In this document: positions 12,892 through 26,237 of the stretch, piece by piece
Position numbering within the stretch: the first letter of the stretch is position 1
Layout of the letters: each line of letters starts with the position of its first letter
Source of the DNA: Dudresnaya verticillata
Lineage: Eukaryota
Assembly: GCA_977862235.1 (NCBI GenBank)
Contig: OZ374560.1
Location: 372,001-436,000 of the forward strand
Direction: 5' to 3'
DNA length: 64,000 nt
Made by a program: the position numbers and the translations under genes
The notes under the pieces: generated by a model
The model's input: the letters and a program-made list of their open reading frames with translations, nothing else
Told to the model about the DNA's origin: nothing
Databases searched by the model: none

Positions 12892-13260
12892 CACTGGTTT
12901 CCCGCGTTCCAGAAAGTACTTTCAAAACAGACCGAAATAAAACGCTTTGAAAGTATATGTGTTAGAACGGGGTGTCTCCTGAGCATGCTAGTGCAAACAG
13001 AATGGTAAACGGAGTAGTTCTTCGCGAGTTATGCAAGTTTGCGTGCTAGCCCGGCAGTGAGTCTGAAATAATTAATTTTGTGGGTAGCTTCCGAGACATT
13101 TTAATTCGGAATTTGCGGTAGCCACGGCTACTTCCATGGGCGCATCATCGCCCCGTACACGCTGCCGCAACATTCGAATGTATCTGGATCCAGAACTACT
13201 CGTCAGTCCAATGTGGCGCATCCCCGCAACATGCAGAGTACTGTAGCAGTGCCATGACTT
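12892..13260 (+). mobile_element. Putative DNA-transposon terminus beginning CAC (CMC/Transib-like); truncates the Gypsy integrase
   Basis: Abrupt switch from Gypsy sequence; the first ~160 bp align, inverted, with the segment ending at 42370 (shared ACTTTCAAAACAGAC, AGTTATG...GTTTGCGTG). No transposase recognised; inner boundary approximate. Confidence 0.45.
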
Positions 13261-15115
13261 CCCTTCCTCACCTCAACCCCCCTAGCTTCGCGCATTCGTC
13301 AGCCCGCAACTACACGCTACCTCATTCTCGTAGTGCGCTCTGTGCTGTTCCCTAGGCTTTGGGACCGGTTCTGTGCAGCTGCGCTCGCGCGCTGCCCTCG
13401 CCCACTTAACCTTAACCTCGGCTCGTTGCCTTCCACAACAAGCAAACACTCCGCCCGAGTACCACTAATTCTGTTTCACCAACGCTAAAATCTGTGTTCT
13501 ACAGTGCAACAGCATTCATGTAGCGTTTGTGCCATGCAATACCCTCCTCTCCGTGAACTGAATGTGGTTCCGAATGCGACCTGCGGCCGATTTGTGTCCC
13601 ACCTTCAGCAGGGTCACAATTGACACCTCGTTTCCCGTTCCGGATACATCATACTCCGTCCGTCTGTTTTCCATTACATGTAGCGAGCAGTAGCTCGCCA
13701 GACACGACCGTTGTTATCATCACGCTGTAAACCACAAACGCCGACTTCTAGCAGTGCACCTGAAGTGCAGTGCACTCAACACGCTCTTACATAATAATCC
13801 TCACCATTCTTCCTTACCTGCGTCCGTTCCCGTCTTCAAATGCCTCATGCTCATACACATGCATAATCATGCCCATTCTCACCTTTTTATCAACTACAAT
13901 TCCTCACTTTCCTTTACTTCATACCTCAGTCAGCTTCAGGCTCCGGGTCTTCCTCATCCACCTCTACCCCCACCACCCCAACATAACCAATATCCCCTCC
14001 AGTACCACTTTCATCGCCTCCCTAACTGCGACGGCATCCGGGATCACGAGTCGCGCCCGCCCCACCAAGTCGAGACGAAACCATATAGCGCCACTGATTT
14101 GATGCCTGGCTTGCGCCCGACCTTCCTCTAGCTCGGCGCGCAGTACCTCGACCTCCAACACCAGCGCTTCCGCTGCTGTATCGCCACTCTCCATCTAAGT
14201 CGTCTTCACCAACCCTCACACCGTCACTGTATGGCTCCATTTTGTAGACAGAACCGGGCACCAGTATCAACTTCAGTTGGCCTCGTTTAGTCCAACTCTA
14301 CACATTATCGCCATAATAGTGACACAACTGCAACGTCGGGAATCAGTAACATCCGTATCGGTCTTAGTCTCTAGATGTCAACCGTTTTGCGGACGCAGCG
14401 AGTCCTAATCGATGAGATTCCCCGGTGGAGGCCTGTTCTGAATGTTCATCTTTGACAATCTGCGCTTCTCTTCACGTACTTTGCGAACTGCTGCCTCATA
14501 CTGTCGACGTTCCTGTGCTGACACCTGATGCATGTCCATAAGCAGAGGGTTTGGAGTCCCATAATGCCGATTTTGCATTACTCTCTCCCTTGCTTATCTC
14601 AGGAAGTTGCGCAATGAGAAATCTTTCCCGCGCTCTGCCTAACTGTACTCCTCTTCTTTCCCTAATACATTTCTCATGAAAATCTTAAAGACAGACCTGT
14701 CGAAGAGCTTGATCCCCAGAGTTTTTATTCCGCCTGTTTCCTTCCCTGCGCTGCAGAAGTACACCAATATACTCCATTCTCGCCACCCCGATCCGTTTCG
14801 CAATCTCCTTTGGAAGCTCTTCGTCCTTGCATAAGTACGCTATATTCAGACTTTCCGTTCTCTCGCCCACTTCCACAACATCAAATGCTTCCTTCTGCAA
14901 CTGTTTCACACATCGCCTGTGCAAATTCATAAAGTTGTCCCTGCTCCGGAGTGCTCACTTTGGATATATTCCGTACTGTCATCCAAGTTCCAGATACGGT
15001 TCAAGTGTAACAGCTTGCAGTTCTCAATAACGCAGCGTGAGCAGCTTCCAAGTCTCGACGAGTGGTGCTGCATGTTGCTGTGACCAGCAGAACATCACTG
15101 TGTCCGGCTGCGCTG

Positions 15116-15940
15116 TGTAGTGCACGGGTCCGGGGAACACCCGTTCTTATTCCGCTCGCGCGGTGCGGACTCCCGCGTGTCGATCTACGTTCGTCAACGA
15201 GCGCGGGTGAGCCGCGGGCAATGGCCTAATGCCGTTTATCGGCGGGATGAATGGGAACGCGCACGCGTACAGTACGCCCGAGATTGCCGCAATGGGTGAT
15301 AAGCCCTCGGCACGTCACGCGAACGTCAGTGCAGTATGCGCCACCGGGGAACACGGCTGACACGCATCCACTTGTACACCCGCGACAGGCGCGCCGAATA
15401 TATCCGGGGGATTCCTCGACCGGGTGCGCACCAGCAATACGCACCCTTAGTTTACACTGATTTACAGTGCGGTAGTAGTATTTCTACGCTAGATATTTTT
15501 GTGCGATATTTTAGTGAGCTCGCGGTGCGCGCGCATGCCAGGTGTGGCGCACGGCGCCAGACACCTCCCGCGGGGGATACTTAGTACACGGGGCGAACCC
15601 CTCTCACAGTAAAGCGCCAAGCAGGCCTAGGAGCGTGAGGATACCCCCACCTTCGCACCCGGTGATACCATCGCTAGCGAACCGGGCTACGTAATCCGTT
15701 CCAGAGCCTGTTCTTCGCATCGTTCACCGGCATCACCGCCTTCGTTGCTATACGTGTCTCACGCGCACTACAGCGCCCTTCGGGGTTTTACAGTCGACAC
15801 GTCCCCGCGTCGCCTCACCAAGGCACATCTCACTTTACCATACGTGGCCATTGCTTCACTACCGCGGCCTGCTACTACCCGCGGGAGACCGCTCCGAACA
15901 CCGGTCAAGGCAGCCCTTGTTTGTGGGTTTTTGCACTACA
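15116..15940 (+). repeat. 5' LTR of family-E Gypsy (825 bp)
   Basis: TGTAGTGCA...TGCACTACA terminal IR immediately followed by a PBS. Confidence 0.9.
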
Positions 15941-15943
15941 AAG

Positions 15944-15960
15944 TGGTCTCCCAACCTAGA
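15944..15960 (+). other. Primer-binding site TGGTCTCCCAACCTAGA
   Basis: TGG start 3 nt after the LTR; near-identical to the PBS at 51263 and 45968-45984. Confidence 0.85.
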
Positions 15961-16396
15961 AGGACCACTTCGTATCAACCGAGAGGTTCTCCATCGCTTT
16001 CGTTCAATCAACTTCCCACGTGGAAGCCTTCGGTAATTGTACCAAGTTACGGAACGTCCCGTGGATTTTCACTTCTCCCATAATGGGGCCGTCGAAATCG
16101 AGGAAGACCTCGTCTACACCGGGGACCATAACGGTCCCGATCACCCGCTCACGCGCGCAAGAACAACGATGGGTTAGTCCCGAAATCGGCGACGCCTTCG
16201 TTGGCAACTCTACGGCTACATATCGCTCGGATGCGCTCGCGGTACATCCGCCTCCATCGTTTCCGACGCCACCCACGGAGTTCGCCTCCGAAGATCTACC
16301 CCCGCAGACATCTGCACGTAGCGCTTCCTACCCGGCCGCCAACACCGGCGCGCCGAGCGGTGCTGGACCGTCGCAAGCACCTTTCGAGGAAAGTAC

Positions 16397-17194
16397 TGTG
16401 GCATAGTTGTAAGACAAGCGGTGCCACGCATACGCAGCTAGACCAGCTGCGCCGCGCACGCGGCTGTACGATCAGCCGCTCTGTGCGCACGCTGTCAGCC
16501 GGTGGCGCAGAAGCCCCGCTGGCCCTGTAAGTCAGTGCGCTGTGGCACCCACGTGTGCACGTGTGACACTGACACTCTCGTGTAATTTCTACGCTTATTT
16601 TTGAGTGTAGGGTACTATACTGTCTAGTGTAAGCGGCGGTCGAACGCCTTGCTGTCCCACGCGCCACGCGCGCGCACTCCGGAGTCGAGTCGTTGAGTAC
16701 GTGTGTACCGTTTCGCCCGTGCGCGCCCCCGAGTTACCGCTACTCGTACGCGTCGACGCGTGTCGGGGCGCGCCGGGGCATCTCCCGCGTTGGTGCCGCC
16801 GCAGGCCCTGCAGCCTATTTAGTAGTCGCCCCTCTGGACTTGAGGAAACAAACCAGCCTACGCCAGGCTCGCCCCTTTCTGCTTCAGGTTTCTTTCCCAG
16901 TCTTTCGCCCTATGGCTTCTCTCTCTCCCTAGCCGCCTAGGCTTTCCTTTTCCTTTCCCTACCGTCGGCTTCGTGCCGCCCCACGACGGGACGCAGGGAT
17001 CCGGTCGCTGCCGCCCGGGGACCGGTTCTCCCCGTGCGCGCTCAGGTTTCGACGCCGTAGATCCGCGACCATCGACAGCGCGCGCGGCCGACACAAACGC
17101 TCTACCACCTACCGCTAACACCCTTCGACGGGTCTGGGTGCGACAACGAGACCAGCCGCGCTAGGCGTCAGTTCGACCTGACGTCTATGCCACA
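16397..17194 (+). mobile_element. Solo LTR, family C (798 bp), inserted in the family-E gag region
   Basis: TGTGGCATAG...CTATGCCACA; perfect TSD AGTAC (16392-16396, 17195-17199). Confidence 0.92.
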
Positions 17195-19480
17195 AGTACC
17201 TCGTTTCCGACACAAGCCGTTCCGGAGAACGCTCCGTCTCACAAGCCCTCGCACGAAGAGCTGCCTTCGGACGCAGGACTCCCAACACCGGTATCTAACA
17301 CCGTCTCAATTTCGGCCGGACTGGTGCTTTTGTGCAGTCTGGGGCCAATTTACCGCGAGCGGTGATCCGTGCCGTTTGCATCAAGGAGGACCAAAACCTC
17401 GCGTCGCGACTTTCGCGACAAATCGCGGGTTTGTAGGCTTCACTTGACGCTGCCATCCGCGATGCGGCTGACCGCGTGACCCTTCTAGAAGTCGGTTACG
17501 ACGAGTCGGTCATCAATGTCAACTCCCTGTATCGGGAGCGTCACGGAAGGCCGTGCCGGTACTGTAGAGGCCACCCTCGCGGGTGACCTCCGTACCCTGC
17601 GCTCTGACGTTAACGAACTTCTCGAAAACAGCGGTGAACCGGGTCAGGCTGGGGCCGTCCCCGAAGAGGAGAGATTCGCTCGACTTTCCGTTCGCCTCGC
17701 CCGACTGGAAAACCAGGCTTACAAGTGCACAGTAGGCCGCTGCTGTGACGGGGATAACCACCGAGGTTACCACGGTGTGGATTACCACGATAATGAAGAG
17801 ACTCCCGAAGTCTAAATCGTGGAGTCTCGAAACGGGAAGGCCCCAAAAAAGGAGCCCCGCAGCTCGCGCCGTGAACGGCGTGAACGCTGCAAGCGCAACC
17901 GAAAGCTCAAGAAGAAGGAAGACCGGCGCCGTCACCATCGAGGCCCCGAGGGCAGCGACCCCTTTTCGTCTTCATCGTTGTCCTCTTCGTCATACTCAAT
18001 TGACAGTACGCCCGAGTCAGACTCAAGCCGCGATGGCGATATCGCGCCCCGGCGTAACCGCCGTTACAAGCTGGGTTTGAAGTAGCGGTCTCTCAAGGAA
18101 TTCAAACCGACGGACCCACGCTTTGACACGCTTCTGTCATACCGACTTTATCGGCTTCAGAACACGTCCCAAAATAGAACGGGACGTGAAACGGGGAAGA
18201 TCTGCGACCAGATACGCAGGTTGGAACTGACCATGAGGGATAATACCTTTACCGGGGAAGACCCAGTCATGACTCTCGAGTTCCTAGCCCGTTTCGGGGA
18301 CACGGCGGACACCCTCCAGATGTCCTAAGTACTCCTAGCTGCCGGTTATTTTCTACGCGTAAATGCCGCTTCGCTCTTCCGATCGGCCAATTCATCACCA
18401 TCCAACGCATCCGAAGGTATCTCCGCCTGGCCCGAAGCAGTCAACTACCTGCTACGGACCTACGCGGCACCGAACATGATTCGCGAAGCTACTCTCGCGC
18501 TTCTTTCTACACGCCAGCTTGAGGGTGAAAAAGAAGCCGATTACGGTGAGAGGCTGAGCAAAGCTTGCAGTCGCTGTGGGAACGCTTACCCGATGTGTGA
18601 GAAGATGACTATCTTTATTGATGGGCTTGACCCAGCTATCCGCTCGCTGGTTGCGTGCTACCGAGAGGAAATACCTCGTGACGAGCTATCCTTTGAACGT
18701 CTTGTGCACTAGGCACAAGGCGAGGGTGACGCGCACCGTCCAAGGCTGGGCATCCCCAGGAATCGAGCCCCACTGCTGACGGTGGAAAATTTTCAAGAGA
18801 ACAACCGAGGTCGTCCCCGTTCAACGGCGCGACTCGCTGAATAATCCGTGGCGTTCCGCGATAGGTGTATTGACGCTCGTCATGAGCGAGGAGAAGCCGA
18901 CGGTGAACTTCACCTGTTTCATTCGGACGCGTCGTTGCCGGTGACGGACCTACCAATGGACAAGATCTCCGAGTATTCCTACCCCGCGCTAGCATTTTAT
19001 CAAAGGGGTGGACCCCCACGTAACGTCCCGGCCCCGCGTATTCCATAACAGGAACATGCGCGCCACGTCACACAGGCGCGGCCGGGATGGCAAGATCGCG
19101 GACCGATTCGTGAGAGCGAGAGAAGTGGACTCTGACCGCAGATTATCTGCTTCAATTGCTGTGCGAGAAACCAACTGTCTACCGCGTGTGTGCACCCCGT
19201 CAGTGACTCGGGGTCGGTGGTCCGCAACTTCGAGGCGCTGTCGTCGGAAAGCCAAGCACGGGTCCGCCGCGATTCGTACGCCCAATCTTTTGAACTCGTC
19301 GCAATTAGACTCCATCAAGCGGGAGCAGAACCCGTCCTCAAGCCGCTGAAAGGCACCATCAGGTGCTCCGCCGCGAAGATACCGCGGATAACCGCACCCA
19401 GAGGACCTAATTGGGGTTCCTAGCCCCACGGTTGGAGAATCTCTCGATTCGTCGTCGACCGATGGGACTCGGAGCGAGGA

Positions 19481-22400
19481 ATGCAGCCACCTACCGCGGA
19501 TATTCCCACCAATTTCCGATCCACCAACGGATATCTCCGACGCGGAAAAACGCGAAGACCCACCCCCTTGCGGTGTCCGTGGCATAGGGTGCGGCAGCAT
19601 CAAGATACCGACGACTTTTCCGTACTCGCGAAGCGTAACTTCAAGGTACATGCGGAAATCGGGGCAAGAATGGGTCTACTCGCTCGTAAGGTGAGCCTGA
19701 TGGACACGGGCGCCGGACTCAACGTAATTCGGAAGCCAGAACGTCCAACGGAGATGAACTCCAAAATCGAGTCCGTGTACCTGCCCTCGATTGGAGACGC
19801 GGACAACAAGCCGATATCGACGCTAGGCACAATCGGACTCGTATTCCGCCTCGGTCCCCGCGTCTTTAAGCCGGACTTCATCGTGTGTGGGCGGTTGGCC
19901 GCCCCAGTCATCCTGGATTGCGATTTCTGCGACAGGTTTGCCGTGGCCATTTACCCTCGTACTAAGTAATTCGAACTCGAGGACGGAACACGGGTACCGA
20001 TAACCCGACGGCCGATGAAGCGCCCTCCGTCCTACGCGCCGTTACCGGCAGCTCAATAGTTCTGTAAAACGGGGGGAAGATCCTCGCAAAACGTACGCGT
20101 GGCTTTGAAAACCACTCTTCCTGCGCAATCGCAGACGTGGGTTACTGTCACCATGGGTCGCGCTGGAGTTGTTCGTTTCCAGCCCAGCAATACACCCTAT
20201 GAGCGGCAAGGCGTAATCGCCACGAACGGCATTGCCGAGATCGAACCCTCGCATCCGTTTCGGATTCTACTCGAGAACGTCTCGCGTCAGTCGCAAACGT
20301 TAGCCAAAGTGCAATTCGTGGCGATGGAACTTCCGCACCCAACCTCAATCATCCCGAGCCATCTACAGCTCCCGGATGTGCTGGATTTGACGGAAGTCGC
20401 CGAGGATACCGAACCAGGGACGTCCCCGCAGACAGAAGTACGAGCTGGGGAAACCCCCGAGAAACCGCCAACAGTTGAGGACCTTGACCTCTCCCACCTG
20501 TCACTGGCGCATCCGGTACGGATGAGGGAGCTCCTCGGAAAATATTCGTCTATGTGGGACGCCCAATTGGGTGAAATTAACACCACCAAAACCTACATCG
20601 ATTTGCTTCCGGTTTCGCGCCCTTTTTTGTCGCCACCATTTAGAGCTGGTCCGAAACAGCGCGAGCTGGAACAAACCGAAGTTGAGGCGATGCTCCGCGC
20701 CAGGGTCATTGAACCCGCACAGTGACCCTGGGCATCCCCAGCTGTGCTCGCGCCGAATAAGGATGGCACCCTGCGATTTGGCGTCGACTACTGACGGGTG
20801 AACGCCCTCACTGTGCGCAACACCTAACCACTTCCGCGGATGGACGAGTGAATCGACTCGCTTGGATATGCGTCGGTATTTACGACGTTGGACTGCAAAT
20901 CAGGGTATTGGCAGATCCCCATTGCACTCCGCGATCGTGACAAAACCACGTTTACCTGTAATACGGGTCTGTTACGCTACCGTCCAATGCCATTCGTGCT
21001 TACCAATGCGCCCGCCACATTTCAGCACACATTGGATATAATCCTGTCCGGTGTCAAGTGGAAGACGTGCCTCGTTTATCTAGACGATATTATGATCTAC
21101 TCACGGGATATCGATTGACACTATCAACACGTAGAGGAAATCCTCGCTACGGTACAGAAAGCAGGGGTGACGCTGAAGCTCAAGAAATGTGACTTCTTCA
21201 CGGATAAAGTCACCTACCTGCGTCAACTAGGTATCGATCAAACCGCGGTTGCAGCATTACGCGAGGCGCAACACCCTCGGAATCAGACAGTGTTACTTTC
21301 CTTCCTAGGTCTCTGCAATATCTACCGGCGGTTTGTCCCCGATTACGCCCACGTGGCTTCTCCACTTAACAAGTTGCTCCAGAAGGACCAGACGGTGAAA
21401 GTAGAACCATTCAGCGTGGAAGAAGACGCGTCGTTCCGCGCGCTCATCAAAGCGGTGATTGAACCACCAATCTTGGGCCTACCCCAGCCGGGCCTTGCCT
21501 ACTCCGTGGACACCGACGTCAGTCAGTATCAAGTAGGATGTGCCCTGTTTCAAACGACCGTTGAAGGAGAACGGCACCCACTCGGGTATTTTTCCTGGTC
21601 GCTGACAGCAGCCGAGAAAACTGCTCCGTATCCGAGCAGGGATTTCTGCCTGTAGTGTGGGTTGTCACCACGTTGAGACCTTACCTCCAATTGGAGCACT
21701 TTACGATTCACACGAACCACTCATCACTGAGATGACTCATGGAGATCAACAACCCATCTGGTCGGCCTATGCGATAGCGTCTGCGCTTTCTGCGCTTTTA
21801 TTAATTCGGTTTTGATGTGAAGTGTAGGAAGGGAAGGCTGAATACACAGGCCGACGCGGTGTCAGGTTTGCGCACCCTGGGCGAGACCCAGCAACCTATC
21901 GATGACGAAATCCCGTGCTACAAGCACGCATCTTACACATAACTCATTATGCTCAGATCGCCGTTCACCTGGGTGGACGCAAGCTTTTCCACTCTCTACG
22001 ACGCCATTTCTATTGGCCTTCGATGGCAGTGGATTGTTATACCATGGTTCGGAACTGCGTCATGTGCACGAGCAATCGAGTCAAGCTCCGATGTGTCTCA
22101 AAGCACTTGCGTCTATTTCCGACGACAGCGCCGTTTGAACAGGTTTAGATTGACCTTCTCAGAGAACGCATCCGTTCTAAGCGCGGAAATCAATTCCTAC
22201 TGGTCATAGTACGCCGCTACTCGAACCTCACGCGGACGATACCGCTCAAGAGGATATCCGCGATGGAGATTGCGAAAGCGTTCGTACACCATTGGGTGTT
22301 TGTCTATGGACCGTCAAAGATATTGCTATCGGACAATGGACCGCAGTTCACTGCGAAGCTGTTCTAAGCTATCTCTGGGCTACTGGTTGTCAAGAACCTG

Positions 22401-24600
22401 TTCACGACTATTTATCACCCCCAGACCAACGGTCAGGTAGAGAGATTCAATAGGGCCATCCTAGCGAGTCTATGTCACTACTTCGCGGACCACCCGCGTG
22501 ACTGGGACCTATTCAGTGAGGCGATCACGTACGCCTACAATACGCAAGTCCACACTACCATGAAACTTGCACCCGTCCAATTGGTCCTATCGCGTCCACC
22601 GCCGTCGTTAGCCATCGAGGCCGAACGCTCGCTACGGAGCTTCCCGCCTACTGCGAAGTACCACGAAAAGTGGCAAGAATGGTTACGCGGGCTAGTGGAA
22701 ACCGCCGGTAAGGAACTAGCCAAGTCACAGGCGCGCTATAAACGCGACTTCGATGCAAGAGTGCGGATACCTGCGGAAGTAGTCAATGACGGTTCATACG
22801 TCTTTTTCAGGAAAGAGTACTAATGTCGGGATGCCCCCTAATAATAAGCTTGCGCCGATCAGCGACGGGCCGTATCAGGTTGTGGAGGCCGAAGGCGACA
22901 CCGCCATTCTTGATATGGGGAACGACACCCAAGAACGGATTTCCCGCGACAGGATGGTATTGGCACCCCCGCCCCAGCCAACGCTTGCGACCGATGACGA
23001 AAGGGGGCGAGCGGGTAACATGGAATCTATTCCTGTGACAGGCGACAGCGGACCGAGCCGCGGAACCACCTGAAAACTTCCAAGTACTACACTGCCATTA
23101 GCCCCAATTGAATCAGAACGTGGGTTGGCGAACCTGCCGCCGCAGGGAGACCCTGGGATTGGCAACAGCGAACGGTATGCGCAAATCACAACGAGGATTC
23201 CCTCTGCCTGGCGTACTGCCGCATCTCCCACGCAGGCGCCGGCAAATAACATAAATGCACTCGCGCCATCCTTCAGTGGACACTCAGTGGACAGACAGGC
23301 CGAAAGCCACTCGAGGACCAGGCCTCGGGCGGCCGCCCAGAGCCTATCCTACCACAAGGGTCTCCTTTGGGGCCCCTGGAAAGGACCCGCTTGGCAGAGT
23401 AGCGGGGTCACTGCGGACTACGAACCACCTAAAAGCGGAGTCGTCTCCGAGACCTACACAACCCTCGTCGGGGATGGGAAAGCAGTGGAGCCGAATCTAC
23501 GCACGGGCAACCGCAAGAGCTTCCTACAGTCGGAGATGACGTACTCACCGCCGCCATCCAGCAGCACGTCACCTCCTACGAAGCGGGCAGTTCACGAAAC
23601 GAGCCCACCGGTGTCAACACCGTCACCTACGACAAAAACAACGCAATCCGCTGCGAAGGGTAAGCCCAGGTTAGCAATAACCCCGAGATGCCCGCAGTTG
23701 CCCTCTTTCAAAGCGCGACTACGGTTGTTGACGTGGGAATGGGACCACGGGCCTAATCGTTAAGAAGGTTGCTGAATACGTGACGTCCACACAACCGGGC
23801 ACGGAGGTTACTCTACGTGAGCTACGAGCCAGCCCGGCGAGGCGAGAAGTTGTGGCGAGAACCCGCTCCTCAGCAGCCGAAGCCGACAAGCGAGTCGATC
23901 TTGTAAACGAGTTTCCTACGGCCGACGTGGATCTTGGCCACTTTGAGGAAGTGGATAACCACGATATCCAGACCGCAGAGGACGTGGTAAGCCACGATTC
24001 GGGAACGCCAGACGCCATGCGCCCCAAGCCGGTCAACGACGAACGCTTTCAGCCACCTGAGGATAGCTTCGCCAATTCACATGACTCTTCGTCATCTAGC
24101 AGCACACCCAAGCACTACCCGCGTGTTGCTAGCGAGGGCGACGGAGGCGAAAGCGGAGTTGACTCCGAAGACCAGCAAGATGCTCAGATTTCGCACTCTG
24201 CACCACGCCCTCTGACGCGAGCGTAACTCGAGGTCGGCCCTCGCAGGATCACCATGGCGAGGCGTCGAAGTGCGCGCTTGTGTCAAATCACAACGGGTCA
24301 ATCCCGCAACAAAACACGAGTGGTACCACCACAGCACGGCGCGTGACATTCGATCAAAATCCAGTGTTGATACCCACAACGAATCATACCGAGGCTCATC
24401 CTCACGCTACAGTTCATCCTCACGCTACAGTGGCTACTCCTGCTACTGTATCCACGCCTGCGGTAGCCCCGCGCACAATGTTTGTCATCGAAAAAGTGGT
24501 TAACCACTAACACGCTACCGTGGGCAACTTCTACGAAATCAAGTAGTTTGGATATCCAAGTTCCGCCAAAACGCTCAAACCCTTTGAAAACTTACCTCCA
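19481..24600 (+). pseudogene. pol: pol of family-E Gypsy with long integrase tail and terminal chromodomain (FVIEKVVNH...YEIK.FGYPSS...PFENLP, 24478-24600)
   Basis: ORF fragments 19481-19969, 20099-20725, 20888-21118, 21167-21655, 21915-22148, 22560-22823; apparent deletion between RNase H and integrase near 21925. Confidence 0.88.
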
Positions 24601-24619
24601 ATACACTCGTTATTGATTT

Positions 24620-26237
24620 CATTGTTATCAGCTAATGCACCTGTGTCGTTGTCGTCTGTAGGATCCAGGACCGATTGCGCATTCTTCCTCTGCGTGTCAG
24701 TTACAGTCTCCTTAACGATTTCCGACTGCTTTTGGCCACGAAGGCCCCCCTTCGAGTCTTTTCTTTCCCCTCTTGGGGTTTTCCATCAACTTCAGAACTC
24801 GTCTTATCAATCTCAGAAGCTGAAACTATTGGGTTCTCACTTTCTCCTATGTCTGGAGATGTGTCTTTCCCAGAATCAGTTTCTGCTTGGATCTGGTGCT
24901 TGAATTTCTTTTCCTTAAGTGGCGCTTGTTGCTGGCATTCCCTTCGATAAGCTGCTATCAATGGTTTGAGCACATCGTGGTCATTTCCGAAGTTTGCACG
25001 CACCTCGTGGTCCAGCTTCGTGGAGTGAAGGAAGTTCTGGTGAATGACGTTCATACCTTCAGGCCAACTCTGGCTCTCGATGAGGCGTTCGAATTTCCGT
25101 GCTTCCCTCATTGCTTCTTTCGCCCTTTCAAATTGTTCCAGAGTCTGAAACCTGGTGACTGACCGGAAACTCTGAAGTCGATGTACTTCGTGCAGTCGGT
25201 ACAAAGTTGAAATCTGTATTTCTACGCCATCCTGCTGTTTGTTCCCATTCATGAAGGCGGTTGAAGACTTCAGTGATGAAATGTGGATGAACTTTCTCTA
25301 TACTCGGCAGTCAACAGTTGTCATTGCTCCGTCCTTGTCGAGTGTTGTCCCTTCCTTGTCTCCTGTCATCTTTGCAGCTAGATCCGGTCTCTCCTCATTT
25401 TCAATTTGTCCAATTGCGTGAATTACTCTCGTATCCAACCGCATAACAGTCTGAGCAGTCTGTTTAATGGTGCTGTTCCGATATAACTTCGAACCATCAT
25501 ACGCCTCCGCAATTTTTGGGGCATTTGGTTGTTTCCCAGTCTTGGCCTGTAACCTCTCCGCCTCCTCCCGCAGACCGCGGACCAAGTCAAAGAATGTAGT
25601 CTCGATAAATTACCCCTGGTCGTGTTTCTCATTCTGATGTCGTGCCAGCTGCCGGAGCTCATGGACATTGTGCCCCCCCTTCAAAATCGTTACAGGCCTT
25701 GCGAAAGACTGCCAGACTGCTGGGAACTCCTCCATTAACTTAAAATAGCGCAGTGTCTATGCAAGCCGTCAACAATGCCGTAACATTTGGAGCGATTGTT
25801 TGCCTTCTCCAAATCCTCATCCTCCGTGTACCCCTTCCCTTCCCATTTCATATTCTTGAAATACGCAACGACGTGACCCGCAGAGACCCTGTCATTTCGA
25901 TGACAATTGGAGAGTCAGACCCGGCAACGTACCCAATGGTCCCTTCACCGCCTTTCTTCTCTGATGAGTGTAGATGAATGCGAGCTTTGAGGCGTTCCAC
26001 TCCGGAGCGCACCACGGGTCTTATTGCCGTTAGCGGGAAGCACGCCCTGGGGTCAATTCTCATATTCACGGAACCCTCCATCACGTCAGAAAACAATGCC
26101 CTCCCCATACTTGCAGAAGAGCAATTTTGGTCCGCTTCAGGCTGTGTAACAGTACCCTTTCCAGAACGTTCCTTGCCCATCCAGCCAAAAGCATAATTCA
26201 GCACTTTTGAACAAACGGTCGCCGTACGTCTTTCCAA
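24620..26237 (-). pseudogene. Frameshifted gene with ParB/sulfiredoxin-like N-terminal domain
   Basis: Joined frames read IRPVVRSGVERLKARI...GYVAGSDSPIVI...YGIVDGLHRHCAIL...PVTIL...ELRQLARHQNEKH...TTFFDLVRGL; the IVDGxHR motif is at 25756-25782. Confidence 0.6.

Larger units (their letters stand above)
15116..24605 (+). mobile_element. Degenerate chromodomain Gypsy (family E), 3' LTR missing
   Basis: 5' LTR, PBS, gag, protease LMDTGAGLN, RT CLVYLDD, RNase H, integrase SDNGPQF/HPQTNGQVERFN/GPY, chromodomain-like end. Confidence 0.92.

Noticed and set aside
13960..15050. Decayed minus-strand coding-like frames next to the CAC terminus
   Set aside because: No transposase or other motif recognised; needs a homology search
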